NCBI RefSeq assembly: GCF_018350175.1
Contig: NC_058373.1
Location: forward strand, 105,588,001-105,652,000
Direction: 5' to 3'
Source: Felis catus
Lineage: Eukaryota
Length of the DNA stretch: 64,000 nt
The translations under genes were made by a program, and so were the position numbers. The notes under the pieces were generated by a model. It saw only the letters and a list, made by a program, of their open reading frames with translations. It made no database searches and was not told where the DNA came from. Positions 48,771 through 62,137 of this stretch are shown one piece after another; the first letter of the stretch is position 1; every line of letters begins with the position of its first letter.

Positions 48771-49213
48771 TGTAGGAGGCATTGTTGGGGGTCCCACTCA
48801 TATTCCCTCAGCGCTCACCCATTCCTGGTGTGCCCGTAGAGTCTTACCACAAACACCTATGACCCTACATTAAGGTTTTCTTTTAGGCAGTGTGACAGGT
48901 TGGAATGGTGAAGAGTGAATGACCCAGGAGGAGAAACTTCTAGAGTTAGAGAAAACTTCCCACTTCCTTGTGCCTTGGATAGGACTACTCTGAGACATCT
49001 TCATGCTGTCACACAGTGTTCCCTAGCACAATGAAGTCCTAGTTGCCTATGGAGATCACCTGCTTACTAACCCATCTTATATTGTCTTTTTTCTCATTTC
49101 TGTCTCTCTTTCTCACTTCCTTACCTATGCTTTTTGACATCACCTCCAAAATAAACCACTTGTATCAAAATCCTGACCTTTACATCACCTTCCTGGGAAA
49201 TTGGCCTAGAATA
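48771..49213 (+). mobile_element. ERVL LTR (LTR16-like)
   Basis: tgtagg start; ggactactctgag...ctagttgcc...cacctccaaAATAAAccacttgtatcaaaatcct end. Confidence 0.8.
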
Positions 49214-49965
49214 CTCTGTACTTGAAAAATCATGTGCTGGGGCTGTGGTGATCATTCCTAATAATCATCTAGAAACCCTGAGAAATATTCATTGGAGTTA
49301 GGGACTCCCTTATAATATCCCCAACTGCTTGTGATCTTTTCTTAGCTGATACCAGTGCTGTCCTTTTCCATCTGAAGATCATCATCCTCATAAAAGAGAA
49401 GCAACATAGATATTCATCAGTGTCTCTATTTTAACACTCCCCTGTAATTGTTCTACAGCTGATCTCTCAAGAGCAAATTTATCACTCCATCCTTTGTGCT
49501 TGAGTATAACAAAAGTTTCTATGCATCATCTTTGGTGTTTTCCTCAAGTTTCAATGCAGTTAGTTCTGAAAGCATCCTGTATTTTGACACCGTTCTTCCA
49601 GGTCTGTGACATCCTCTTATGGTTGCTTTTGGTCACATACCCCTCTTACTATCCTTGTTTTTTAAATATGCCACTGAAAAATGAGTTAATCAGAAAGTGT
49701 CCTATCGTTTTAAAGAGGAGAAAAAGTGTAGAAAGTACCTACTGGGAGTTGTGAGCCATCATTATACTGTGATATCAATATATTGCTTTAGGAATAAAGA
49801 ACTAAAGGTTGCTCCAAAAATGTATTTCTATTCCTTCCTGTCCTCTCCATCAGGCTCACCTAATGGTTTGAGTTATGTGGTTAACCACACTTGGCCAGAG
49901 AAACATAAGTGCTTCAAGGATCCCCTCAATCCTGTGAGAAGAATGTGAAAGAATATTAAGATCTT

Positions 49966-50186
49966 GGGGCGCCTGGGTGGCTCAGTCGGTTAAGCGTCCG
50001 ACTTCAGCTCAGGTCACGATCTCGCGGTCCGTGAGTTCAGGCCCCGCGTCAGGCTCTGTGCTGACCGCTCAGAGCCTGGAGCCTGTTTCAGATTCCGCGT
50101 CTCCCTCTCTCTCTGACCCTCCCCCGTTCATGCTCTGTCTCTCTCTGTCTCAAAAATAAATAAATGTTGAAAAAAATTAAAAAAAA
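49966..50186 (+). mobile_element. Can-SINE (fairly young, CpG-rich)
   Basis: TSD aagatctt. Confidence 0.96.
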
Positions 50187-51211
50187 AAGATCTTTATATG
50201 CAGGCAAATTTCAACACCTTTAGACAATCGCATTAATTTCTGAATAACTGCTACAGTTCACTAGCTGACTCAGTTTATCCTCTGCTGCTCTGTAGTTACT
50301 AATTTTCACATGATTTTAGTGCTTTTATCTCATACCAGAGTCCTCATTGCTCTGCATTGCAACTATGTTTAGTTTATTTCATTACTTGGGTTGTAGGATT
50401 TTTTGAGTCTTGGTCACAGTTGTGTGCCCCATTGCCCAGGGCAGAATCAAGGGCACAGTGGGTGCGTAACGGATATATGTTGACAAAGCAGAGCGTAACT
50501 ATGGATGCTGCTTGGGAACGGCAGGCTTTTCTGTGGGGTAGGTGACTGGCCTTGGGAAGCATAATTGTCCTTGTAAAATCACAAGCCTGCTACTGGTTAT
50601 TACAGGGAAACCAACTCAGTGACTGGCATCTTGCCATACTTTGTAATCCTCTGGAAATTACATTTTGAGAACACAATCTCCTCTTTGTGACAGGCAATTA
50701 AATAACATGTGACTAACCGTATATAAATTATACAGGTAGTTTGATTTTAAAAATGTTAGGAGAACTTTTGATTTAAAAATATTTTTGATGCTCATTATAC
50801 ATTTATGTTAGTCCACTTGGGCTAAAATTCTTCTTGCCTACATCTTTTCATGAACCAGGACTTGGGTAATGGTACTGGGCAAGTAGGATTTGGTCTCTGT
50901 CTTTCTGCTAAGGCAGGGTTGAGAGTGGCAGGATAGAAACCATGGTATTATTATCCAAAATAGGCAATGGTCTTCATCTGAACTCAATGAGAAAAGCTGT
51001 GGCCCAAAAATTTGGGTCAAAACTCATCCACTTGGAGAAAATATGTACTTATTTTTTAGAATCTTTAATGGCACGTGAGCTAATGGTGAAAATGGAATTA
51101 GGGTTTTATTGGCATAACCAGGATGTGTTTTTTTTTGTCCCAATCATTCCCCCTCTACCCACCTGCTTTAACACCACTGCATACTGAATCTGCCACATTT
51201 TGTAAGATCTT

Positions 51212-51440
51212 TTTTTTTTTTTGATTTTTTTTCAACGTTTTTTATTTATTTTTGGGACAGAGAGAGACAGAGCATGAACGGGGGAGGGGCAGAGAGAGAG
51301 AGGGAGACACAGAATCGGAAACAGGCTCCAGGCTCTGAGCCATCAGCCCAGAGCCTGACGCAGGGCTCGAACTCACGGACCGCGAGATCGTGACCTGGCT
51401 GAAGTCGGACGCTTAACCGACTGCGCCACCCAGGCGCCCC
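51212..51440 (-). mobile_element. Young SINEC_Fc-type SINE
   Basis: TSD tgtaagatctt. Confidence 0.97.
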
Positions 51441-52329
51441 ATGTAAGATCTTATTCTTTATTTTTCTTGAGCGTTCTAATACTTTGGTAGAGAAATTTAT
51501 TTATTTTTTTAGTGGCTGGGTTATCTATAATACCTAGGTTAAGGCTAAGGAATCATTGGTTTTGTTCTTAGTTTCCCTGTACGTCGTTTTCCAGGTTGTG
51601 TGACTTTTTTGAATTTTGTCTCCACGGTCTCCCCAGACCCGACCAGGAAGGAAGTCTGTTATTCAGATTTTTTGTTGTCCGGTTCAGTGGTTTGACATAA
51701 TAGTTGCATGTACATGGTCAACTACCATATACTCTATGTTGCAGAACTGTACTGTGAGTTCCAGAATGATCAGTCTGTAACTGTGAAGTTTACTTCATTA
51801 ACGTATGTGAGAGTATGATTACATCCAAATATTTTAAAAACTTTGATTTATGTGTTGATTGCATCAATAAAAAGAATACTTATAAAATGTGAACAAGAAA
51901 TATTGCTAATCTTTCGAGAGCCAATGGAGTTAGATGTCAGCATAACTGTTGATTGATTTAGGAGTCCAAAGGCGAGTCTTCTACAATTTGCAATTCAACA
52001 AATTACATTGATTTATATGCTTGGGATACAGACATGAAGTCTGGTTGCATGGGGAGACAGATAAATAAAGAGAGCACAACACATTAGTGTGATAAGCTCT
52101 GTGATAGAGATTAAGTCTATGAATATGTAAGACAAGGGCACCTTGCTCAGTTGCCGGTTTTAGCTATAAGCCTTTTTTATTGAGTGTTTACTATGTGCCA
52201 AGCTTTGAAGTACTTTATGTATATTATATTTAAGCTTCACCATAGCTCGAGGTACTTATCTATTTTATGGCCAAAAATCTAATGGGGGCAGTGATATGGC
52301 ATCAAATATGAGTGCCATCTTTTTACTGG

Positions 52330-52850
52330 CATCCTTTTGTTTGTCATTTGTCATGAAGTAAGATCACAGCAATGACTCTCTGACCCACAAGTTGGCTGGA
52401 ATCAGAATGATACTCCGTATAATTCGTTTCCCCTGATCTAGACAAAGAAGGAAGGCAAATTAGAATAAGACTTCTGAGCCAATTACTTAGTAGCAAGCTA
52501 TGATTCCAAAACCACGAAAGAAGAAGGTAGAAAAAATTGTGATAAAAGTATGTTTCAGCATGGCCTCAGGCCATATGGCAACACATTTGCAGGGATTTTT
52601 GTTTTGCAGCCTAAGCTCCATGTTATAATCAGAAATGTGTGGCACACATTGAACAAAAGAAATATATACCTAGCAAAGCATAGAGACTGAGCTGCCAACA
52701 AGACAAATCCTAGAAACATGCGGTCACTTACTCAGCAGAACAAAACTACATGTGTTCCCAATGTGGAAGGTGTTCCGGGTGTGCATACAGCCACATTTAC
52801 ACGTGAGATTGGCTTCACTGTCAATACACTATCAAGAATGCCAGACAATA
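52330..52850 (+). mobile_element. Ancient RTE-clade LINE 3' relic (L4/RTE-X-like)
   Basis: RLLSQLLSSKL (52468-52500) resembles RLPKQLLYGEL; RNVWHTL resembles DRxxWRxx; YMCSQCGR (52747-52770) then IGF (52808) resembles the terminal CxxCGR..SRIGL.SH finger. Confidence 0.6.
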
Positions 52851-54229
52851 AAGTGCAAATTATAGCCTTTCAATAAAAGAATGCGTTGCCTTAATTTTTT
52901 GTTGTAGTCATTGAAAGTGAACAAAAACTAAACCCCTGATAGAATCTTTGCATTTCAAAGGTATAATTTTGACAACTTTCCAAAGGCCAGATCCCAGGGA
53001 TTCTGAAGGTGTTTTATTTCTTTCCAAATCTCCAGTGGCCACCCACCTTTTCTGAGATTCCATTCCTCCCAACAGCCTGGAGTTGTTTTGGGGCCGATAT
53101 ATTCCATTCATTACTGACATCCATCAAAATGTACTTTTATTTCACAATACAGGTAGAAACATATTTACAACCTAATAATCAGGTTGACAATTAGTTAGGC
53201 AGAAATGTAATTCCTGAGAACTAGGAAACAACACTGAACCCTTCCTTTTCTCAGATGAAAGCCACAACAGAAAACTCTTTGCAAATCTTATAGTGGGTAG
53301 GAGCCCTAAGACTGATAGAAATCAAGCTTCCCATCTTTATGAAATTTGTCCCCCTCATGTTTTCCCATTACTGATGTCCTGCCTCCTTTTTCTTACCTCC
53401 TAGCTATAGTTGCCGGTGCCCATTTCGTGAAATCACAGAGCTGTGGAGATGAAAATAAACTTAAAGCAAATGGTTCCCCTTTGATCCCCTACCCAATCCA
53501 CACATTCACTGGGCCCTCTATGTCATTCCCAGCAGGTGGTCATGAAGCCTGCGGCTGAATCTTCCAGGTGAGGAGGGAACATAATACTACAATTTCCATT
53601 TTGAACAACTTTGTTTGCAGGTCTTCCTTCTGCCCAACCAAATTTACCTGCTCATCAAAATCTCTTTAAAATATATTTGTTGACCCTAAGCTACCTCCCT
53701 GGAGTTAATTCCACTTATACACAATAGCTAGTCTTCCAAATATTTGAAATCAGCTCTTGTAACCTTTCTGTTTTTGTTTACTTACTTGATTTCCCCTTCT
53801 CCATTTCCTCAGACTCCTTTCATAGATATACCTATGATATCACACAGTCTAGCCTCTTTGTGCTCAGATTTTGGGGAAGGGCTCTACTGACTGGGCCATC
53901 AGATCTCTGGTTTTGCTCCCCAGCTTAGGACTGTGCCCTTCCCCACACCTTCCCTCTGCAACTACAAATTATCTTTGTCAAATTATCTTGTCTTAGATAG
54001 ACTTTATATTTCAGTAGCCCTCCTAGATTCCAGCTTCTCATAGGTTCCAGTAGCATGGTGAACTACTTTGAGGCCCCTGGGGCATGGCTTGACATCTCCA
54101 TTCTCTTCTCTTTGTACATCACTCCAGGCCGTCAAGTTTAATTTTGGTTTTTATTTTGAATTTTGAAGTGGTCCATCACTGTGCCTTTTGTGTCTTTATC
54201 CATAAAATTACAGAACAGGACTGGGACAG

Positions 54230-54845
54230 GCACAGAATCACGTAAAAGGCATTGGCTAACAGGGCAGGCCCGGGAGTTTGAGGTTTGGGGTGGAATCATG
54301 GTTCTGCCTCCTGTGTGGCCATGGCCAAGTTATTGAACTTCTTTAAGTTTCAGCTTCCTCATCTGTGAAATGGTGTCAATAATAGCTCCTCCCTTATGAA
54401 ATCGTTGTTTGAATTAAATGAGATAAAGCATCTGGCAGCACGTGGCCCACAGTGACTCCTAATGTTAGCCGCTATTGGGATTTTGACACCATTAAAGACC
54501 TTTCCTTCTGTAATTTGAGGTAGATGCGGTTTTTCTAATATCTATCTTCTCTGGTCTCTGATGCGTTGATGGGAAGCAAAGAGCAAGACATCCTGGAGCT
54601 TCGGGGATGCTGGAAAAATAAATCGAAGTTGCGAGCAGGGGTCCGAAGCCCCGGGAATGCTGTATACTAACTGAGTGACCTGAGTAGGCACTTAATCTCT
54701 GGGTGTCTGCCTGTGCTCATTTGTAAAAAGGGAGTGGCAATAGCACCGACCCGATAGGTGGCTGTGAAGATTTAATGAGTTAATAAATGTAGACCAGCAC
54801 CTGGCACGTTAGAAATACCCCATAAATCTTTATTATTGTTGTTGT
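54230..54845 (+). mobile_element. Two MIR elements
   Basis: Cores ggccaagttattgaacttct...ttcctcatctgtgaaatgg and gtgacctgagtaggcacttaatctct...ctcatttgtaaaaaggg. Confidence 0.8.
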
Positions 54846-55003
54846 AAGAGCCTCGATGTGGTCACATTTCAAGATTCTTACCAACTGCTTGCTTTTTGGG
54901 CAAGTCAATTCTGGAGGTGTTGAGATATTAGACTAAGCTAGATTTTCAAGCGGAGAGAATCAACTGAAGGTGATCTTCAGTCTTTTAAAAGTTGTTTCAT
55001 TTG

Positions 55004-55220
55004 GAGGCGCCTGGGTGGCTCAGTCGGTTAAGCGTCCGACTTCGGCTCAGGTCACGATCTCGTGGTCCGCGAGTTTGAGCCCCGCGTCGGGCTCTGGGCT
55101 GATGGCTCAGAGCCTGGAGCCTGCTTCCGATTCTGTGTTTCCCTCTCTCTCTGCCCCTCCCCAGTTCATGCTGTGCCTCTCTCTGTCTCAAAAATAAATA
55201 AACTTAAAAAAAATTAAAAA
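55004..55220 (+). mobile_element. Can-SINE (fairly young)
   Basis: Perfect TSD aaaagttgtttcatttg. Confidence 0.96.
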
Positions 55221-55825
55221 AAAAGTTGTTTCATTTGAGTATAAATAATCTCTAGTGTTAATGTAGAAAATGTGATATCTGGGGATGTTCTTATGGTGGT
55301 GGTGTTACAACAAGTGCTATCAATGGTCATCTATTGAATGTGAACCTAAATAAGAATTTTGGAAGAGATGAGACGATTTACAGTTTTCTTGTTTTTTTTT
55401 TTTTAGTACATCTTTATATATTTCCCAAGTTTTTCAAAATGAGCATATATTCATTTTATACTCAGTAAAAAATTGTGTTAAAAATAAAATAAAGAATATA
55501 AAATCTCCCACCTCCCACAACCCCTTTAATGCACCGAGTCCCTGCCACGAGCCTAGCTTATTTCTTCTCTGCTATAAAGGACATCCATAGACTCAAAGTC
55601 ACACTCTATTAAGTTATATTTGTGTAAGTTATCAGGTGTGGTATGTGAATTTCTTTTATGCCATTTAGAATTGTAGATTCCTTCACTGAGAGTCCTGGTT
55701 ATCAATATGTAACTCTGATAAGTGTTTGAAGTACTTAAAATGTTGGTCCCTAAATCAAGATCATGCTTTCATTCTCATTTACAGGCATAATCTGTCCAGG
55801 GCATCAAAGAATAACAATTGATAAG

Positions 55826-56308
55826 AATGGCAGGCAGAATAATGGTCCCCCAAAGATATACATACCCAAATCCCCAGAGCATGTGCATATGTTATGTAGA
55901 AGGCAAAAGGGGTGATGAAGGTTAAGAACCTTGAAAAGGAGTGATTATCCTGGATTAACCAGGTGGCCCAACCTAATGACATGCATTCTTAAAAGTGGAA
56001 AACATTTCTCAGCTCTGAAGAATCAGAGAGATGACAATGTGAGAAGGACCCATTCATTGCTGACTTTGAAGATGGAAGAAGGGAGTCATAAATCGACAAA
56101 TGTGGGCAGCTTCTAGAAGCCAAAAAAGGCAAGGGAAAGGATTCTCCCTCAGAGCTTCCGGAAAGGAATGCAACCTTGCTGACATCTTGATTTTAGTCTA
56201 GTGAGCCTATATCTGGCTTCTGATCTACAGAACAGTAAGATAAATGTGCCCTGTTTAAGCCTCTAAGTTTGTGGTAATTTGTTATAACAGCAATAGGAAA
56301 CTAGTACA
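55826..56308 (+). mobile_element. MaLR solo LTR (MLT1D-like)
   Basis: ggcagaataatggtcccc...gactttgaagatggaagaaggg...ggtaatttgttataacagcaataggaaactagtaca; 5-bp TSD ATAAG (55821-55825, 56309-56313). Confidence 0.92.
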
Positions 56309-57159
56309 ATAAGGCAAAACTGGAAAAGTCTTATATTACTGCTTATGCACTTTCTCAGTGAGAAAAGCAGTAGAACAGTTATGTCTAAAGTTCAATTGTT
56401 CGTTGTTCAGGGTATTGGAAACAGAGAGACCTCAGTTTATTTACTGTGAGGTTGAAGTTTACTGACGGTGTTACAATAGGCAAGTGGAAAAATGACCCTT
56501 ATCAGTGAGATTCTTGGGCAAGATGGCCAAGAGGAACCAGCACAAACATGAGCAAAGGGACCTCTGAAAGCTTAACCTTTGCCCTCCACTTTCAGCAGAG
56601 GGGAGTGAATTACAGTGATGCCGCGGTGATTCAATCTGAGGTCCTGAATAAAAGCGTTATTCCAGTCAGTCCTCTGCTACTCATTTAAGATGGAAATTGT
56701 AGCTATGTTATATCACAGACTTACATACACATACGTGTGAAATATAGCACTTAAAAAATACTATCACATTTGTTAACTTTATCATTAGAAAGATATAGAT
56801 TTGATGTATTTTGCAGACTAAAGGTGCTAATGAGTTTTTGTGAGAAGATATTTCATAATTAGATTACACAGAATGTGTGAGTTCATAGCAATGTGACCAG
56901 AAAAAAAAGGAAAGATGGGAATAAAAAAGGAGTGGGGATAGGGTAGAGAATAGAACCATAATCAACATTTTATGAAATATTGCTTAGCTAGGAAAAGGCT
57001 GTATTAGATAAACTGCTGAACATACAAGTGTCCAGTTTTTCAGTGTTGATGACATTTCTTCCAGGTGGAGAGCATGTAGCTATTTGAAGAATGTCCCTAA
57101 GCCCAGTGGAGGTGGATATAACTGTGATTCAGGGGGATGGTTTTGAGATTTAGGAATCT

Positions 57160-58600
57160 TTGAGAAGAGTTTCCTTTTTAATTATTATGAAAATAATACA
57201 CTTACATGGAGATAAAATTCAGATAGTGCAGATGATAGAAATAAGTCTTCCCATACTGACCTACCCACGGCCCTTCTTGCATTTTCTATTTATCCTTCCA
57301 AGTTCAAAGATAACCTCTTCTGATTATTTGTGTGTCTTTTTCTTTTAGTAGTTAACCGCATGATGCCACGTAATAGACATTTAGCTTTATTATCTTCCTG
57401 TTTGGGATTGAGGAATTTAGCTAACTAACAGTAATCCTTTTCTGCCCCCAATTTAGTTTTTCCATGTGTTTCTATTTTCAGATAATCTACTGGTAGTGTT
57501 CATAATTTCAAATCATATAGTTAAGTGTCTATATCTTAATTTATTACATTTATTTAAGGGTTTAAAAATAGCTAACACAGGCAATTCATGTTCCTACAGT
57601 TCTCTCTGCCTCTACCCCTCTTTGCCTATTCTTTTTATTCTTTGTTTTGCACAAATACATCCTCACCTTTAAATAATATTTTCCAAGTTTTTATTTAAAT
57701 TCCAGTTAGTTAACATACAGTGTAATATTCATTTCAGGTGTGCAGTTTAGTGACTCAACACTCATATACAACACGTGGGCTCATCACAAATGTCCTCCTT
57801 ACTCCCCATCACGTACTTCACCCATCACCCCCCTGCCTGAGACCTCCCCTCTGGTAACCATCAGTTTGTTCTCTGTAGCTAAGAGTCTGTTAAAATTATT
57901 TTGTAAAGATTCATGGAGGGAGACTTTGAGTATGTATGTGTCTGAAAGTCTGTATTTCACTTTTTCACTCCATTAGAATTTTTCTGCATAGAGAATTCTA
58001 TTTATTTATACCAAATATTAGGTTCAAGACCATTCTTTCAAACTTTAGAGGCCTTGGTCCCTCTTTTACTAAACTTCAAGGTTGCTGATAGGCAGTATCA
58101 TGTTAACCTGATTCTCTTTCCTTTGTGAGTAACGTGATTTTTATTTCTCAAAATTTGGGCAACTTTTTCATCATGATTGATGTCCTGGAGTTTTGCGAGT
58201 CTTTTTCTTCCATTCGGTTCAGTGCTGTCTGACTTTCTCAGTCTGAAGACTGGTCTTTTGGAAGATTTTTCTTCTGTTGTTTCTCTGATAATCCCCATGC
58301 CTTTACTTTTATTGTCCTCATCTTCAGGAACTCCTGTTAGAACGCTATTGACTGTCCTGGTTTGTTTCCTTCCTTTTTCTTTCATTCAATTCTTTTTTAA
58401 TATTTTTCCTTGATTTCTGTATATCTTTTTTTTTTTAATTCTATTTTGTATTATTTTCTCCCCCATCAATTATCTCTGAATCCTCTGGAATCCCCCTCTC
58501 TGACCCTTATCTGTCTCCACTCTGGATTATCCATCATCTGGTTTCCAACTGTATTTTGTTTTCCAAAAATTTATGTATATCTTTTTTTCCTTCTTACCTG
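57160..58600 (-). mobile_element. HAL1/old L1 relic with ORF1-like coding remnant
   Basis: ORF 58098-58385 (..LTGVPEDE..IIRETTEE..KNHVTHKGKRIRLT) matches L1 ORF1p RRM/CTD motifs; no ORF2 follows, as in HAL1. Confidence 0.75.
57679..57891 (-). mobile_element. Carnivore L1 3' end inserted in HAL1
   Basis: tttttatttaaattccagttagttaacatacagtgtaatatt...cctcccctctggtaaccatcagtttgttctct...aagagtctgtt. Confidence 0.88.
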
Positions 58601-58607
58601 TATTCCT

Positions 58608-58977
58608 TTAATGGACTGAATTGTGTCCCCACACTAAATTCATGTGTTGTAGCCCTAACCTTCAGTACCTCAGAATGTGACTCTATTTGGGAATAAGCTC
58701 TTTAGGTTAAATGAGGTCATTAGAGTGGCCCTAATCTGACCAGTGCCTTTGTAAGAGGAGGAAATTTGGGCATGCCAGACACAGAAGTAAGACCACGTGA
58801 GGACACAGGGAGAAGATGCTTATCTACAAGCCGAGAATAGAGGCTCTCAGAAGAGACCAATCTTATTGCCACTTCAATCTTGGACTTACAGCTTCTAGAA
58901 CTGTGAGGAAATAAATTTCTGTTGTTTATGCCATCCAGTTTGTGATATGTTGTTATGGCAACCCCAGCAAACTAACA
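58608..58977 (+). mobile_element. MaLR solo LTR (MLT1A/B-like)
   Basis: atggactgaattgtgtcccc...ctagaactgtgaggaaataaatttctgttgttta...gttatggcaaccccagcaaactaaca. Confidence 0.9.
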
Positions 58978-59021
58978 CCCTTCCCATTTTTTTTAGGGCT
59001 TTCACACAGGAATTTCTTTTT

Positions 59022-59266
59022 ATTTATTTATTATTTTTTATTTAAAAAAAATTTTTTTTTCAACGTTTTTTATTTATTTTTGGGACAGAGAGAGACAGAG
59101 CATGAACGGGGGAGGGGCAGAGAGAGAGGGAGACACAGAATCGGAAACAGGCTCCAGGCTCCCAGCCATCAGTCCAGAGCCTGACGCGGGGCTCGAACTC
59201 ACGGACCGCGAGATCGTGACCTGGCTGAAGTCGGACGCTTAACCGACTGCGCCACCCAGGCACCCC
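59022..59266 (-). mobile_element. Young SINEC_Fc-type SINE at the tail of an older SINE
   Basis: TSD aggaatttcttttt. Confidence 0.97.
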
Positions 59267-59280
59267 AGGAATTTCTTTTT

Positions 59281-59483
59281 AAAAAAGTATTTATTTTTAG
59301 AGAGGGAGAGAGAGCACAAGTGGGGGAGGAGCAGAGAGACAAGAGGAGAGAGAGAATCCCAAGAAGTCTCCATATGGTCAGTGCAGAGCCCAACATGGGG
59401 CTCGTTTCCAGAAACCATGAGATCATGACCTGAGCCAAAATCAAGAGTCAGATGCCTAACTCACTGAGCCATCCAGGCACCCC
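59281..59483 (-). mobile_element. Older Can-SINE
   Basis: Reverse SINE followed by decayed target copy aggggaatttgtt. Confidence 0.94.
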
Positions 59484-60480
59484 AGGGGAATTTGTTCTTA
59501 CGCCTCTTTACTGTGATTCATTGGGTTTGGGGGAGGAGAAGTCAATGCCTATTTTCTATCTCTCATATTGAACTGGAAGGCCAGAGTTAACTTTTGAGTT
59601 GCTATTCCTGTGGATGACTGGGTATAAGGAGGTAGGTTAGGAGGCCTGGGATTTGCATCATTCTCATGGATAAATATAGCTATACCTTTCATTTCTTAAA
59701 TGTTTACTATGTGCCAGGCCCTATGCTAAGGTCTTTACAAACATCCTGGAGGGATAGTACTGTTAATCCCCCTACTTTAGATATGAGAAAACTGAGGATG
59801 AGAGAGGATAGGATATGCTGACCAATTGGCCAGGCACTTTGATAATTGAGATAATTCATCCCAGTTGTATCTTTTTGATTCGATATTTGTAAAACTTTAA
59901 ACTTTGAAGTCTTTTTTGTATCTCACCTTTAACAAAGAGTCATTTAAAGGGAGGAATCATAGAACTGATATTTGAGGCAATCTGTCATTGACATCATCTC
60001 TGCTGCTAAATTAATTGCTAATCTCTTATTTTTTTAACATTTGGCTAGCCTCCCTGGGAACATGAATGGGACAGATTTTCATATAATTACCTTTGATTGA
60101 CAGTTCTGGCTTCGTGGTGTGTCTGAGTGAAGGGGAATAGGCAATTCTCCCTTATCTTTTATTCACTTCAACAAAGTTCCATCTATGTGCAAACCATTGA
60201 CCTAAAATTAGTATGGTGTAGTCCCTACCCTCCAGGAAGATAAGATGAGTACAAATAACCCTGGGAGGAGAGATATCCAGTATGGTTTGTTTTCAGTCTG
60301 TTTCATGGTACTAAAGCTAGAAAAATGACTAAAACTTCACTCTGTTCTCATAGTTCCTTGACCGTCAGGTCCTTTGACTTTGGTCTCCATTTCTTTTTAA
60401 TTTTTCAGTCCTTTGGACATGTCCTAGATTTAATATCTCCAGTAATAGTTTGATTCACTTATGTGATTGTCATAATTTTC

Positions 60481-60699
60481 TTTTTAAAGATTATTTATTT
60501 ATTTTGAGAGAGAGAGAGAGAGCATGCGTGCATGTGAGCAGGGGAAGGGCAGAGAGAAAGGAAGAGAGAGAATCCTAAGCAGGCTCTGTGTTACCAGCGC
60601 AGAGTCCAATGCAGGGCTCGAACCCACAAACAGTGAGATCATGACCTGAGGTGAAATCAAGAGTCAGACTCTCAACTGATCGAGCCACCCAGGCACCAC
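60481..60699 (-). mobile_element. Can-SINE
   Basis: TSD gatt(g/c)tcataattttc. Confidence 0.95.
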
Positions 60700-61640
60700 A
60701 GATTCTCATAATTTTCCTATGTGTTCCCTCACTTCTTTCCCATCCTAATTCTTCCATCTGACACATCCAAAACCCACACAACTTTATGGTTTTCCTTTTG
60801 CATTTCTATATCCGTTAATTTGTTTGTTCTTTTAATAGGTATTTATTGAGCACCTACTCTGCACAGTCCCTGGATGTAGTGGTGACCAAGATCAACACAG
60901 ATCCTACCCTCAGGGAGTTTGTGTTTCCTGGTGGAAGATGGGCAATGCATGGATCAACCCAGGGCAATGAGAACAAGGCTCACCACGGTGCGGGTTGGGG
61001 CCATTGCACATCTCTGGTTTCCAGTTTCAGTGATCCCCCTCAGCAATGCCCACCTACTTAAATTGTCTTGGGCAGCACTGTGTCCTGTTCCTTTTGGCAA
61101 CTACTCTATCCTACTCACACCCTTTATCTTCCTCCACACGGTTACTATCAGCAGATCACCTCCCCATGTACTTGCCTAATAGATCCTGGTTTTCAGTCAC
61201 ACACTTCAGTTTCACGGCTCTTCTCCCTCCAGAGGCAGCCTTCTGTAGCCACACTTGTCCCTCTCCCCTTCTCTTCAGTCTGGGGCCATGATATTTCCTT
61301 CTTTCTGGTCAAGGCAGCCTCTCCACCTACCTGCTCGATCTCATTTAGTAGGGTCACAGGACCTCTCTTTACCGTTTCTCTCCTGCACCCATCATCTTCA
61401 ACCCCTCCCCATTAGTTTCTTCCTGCCAACTGCAAATGTACTCTATTTCTCATGTTCATCCTTTAATAACAATAGCTATCATTTATGGAGCATATGCTAC
61501 ATGCCATACATCTTCTCTTCCTCATCTAATTTAGCCTTCACTATAATTCCGCCAAGTAAGTGATTACTCTCACTACTTCACAGAATTGAAAACAGGTGCA
61601 GAGAGAATGCTAGTTGCTGCTTCATCTCTCTCTTTTCTTT

Positions 61641-61845
61641 TTTTTTTTTAAGTTTATTTATTTATTTTGAAAGAGAGACAGTGCGAGCAGGGGAGAGGCG
61701 GGGGAGGGGGGAGAGAGAATCCCAAGCAGGCTATACACTCTCAGTGCAGAGCCCAATGCGGAGCTCGAACCCATGAAGCATGAGACCATGACCTGCACCG
61801 AAACCAAGAGTTAGATGCTTAAATGACTGAGCCACCCAGGCACCC
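61641..61845 (-). mobile_element. Can-SINE
   Basis: Reverse SINE ending ccaggcaccc. Confidence 0.94.
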
Positions 61846-61904
61846 TGCTCTCTTTTTCTTTTATAGGTAAGCTTCTTAAAAGAGTGTCTCCATTCCTGTT
61901 CTTT

Positions 61905-62137
61905 TTTCTTTTTTTCCTCTTTAATTTTTATTTGTTTATTTTGAGAGAGAGAGAGCTTATGAGGGCAAGAGTGAGGGAGGGGCAGAGAGAGACAGAGAGT
62001 AGAGAGAAAATCCCAAGCAGTCTCTGCACTGTCAGCACAGAGCCCAATGTGGGGCTGAACCTCATGAACTGTGAGATCGTGATCTGAACTGAAATCAAGA
62101 GTCAGATGCTTAACCCACTGAGCCACCCAGCCACCCC
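61905..62137 (-). mobile_element. Can-SINE
   Basis: Reverse SINE with T-rich tail. Confidence 0.94.

Larger units (their letters stand above)
46480..49700 (-). mobile_element. Fragmented CR1/L3 relic interrupted by two LTRs and a microsatellite
   Basis: L3-like phrases at 46480-47190 (tgaatactcc, ctgttggtcctggttc, aaatatttaaagatgtctatcatg, tccctcttaaag), 48370-48620 and 49230-49700. Confidence 0.5.

Noticed and set aside
49958..51452. Two neighbouring SINEs both with aagatctt in their TSDs
   Set aside because: Consistent with L1 endonuclease T/AA preference plus chance; not evidence of site-specific targeting.
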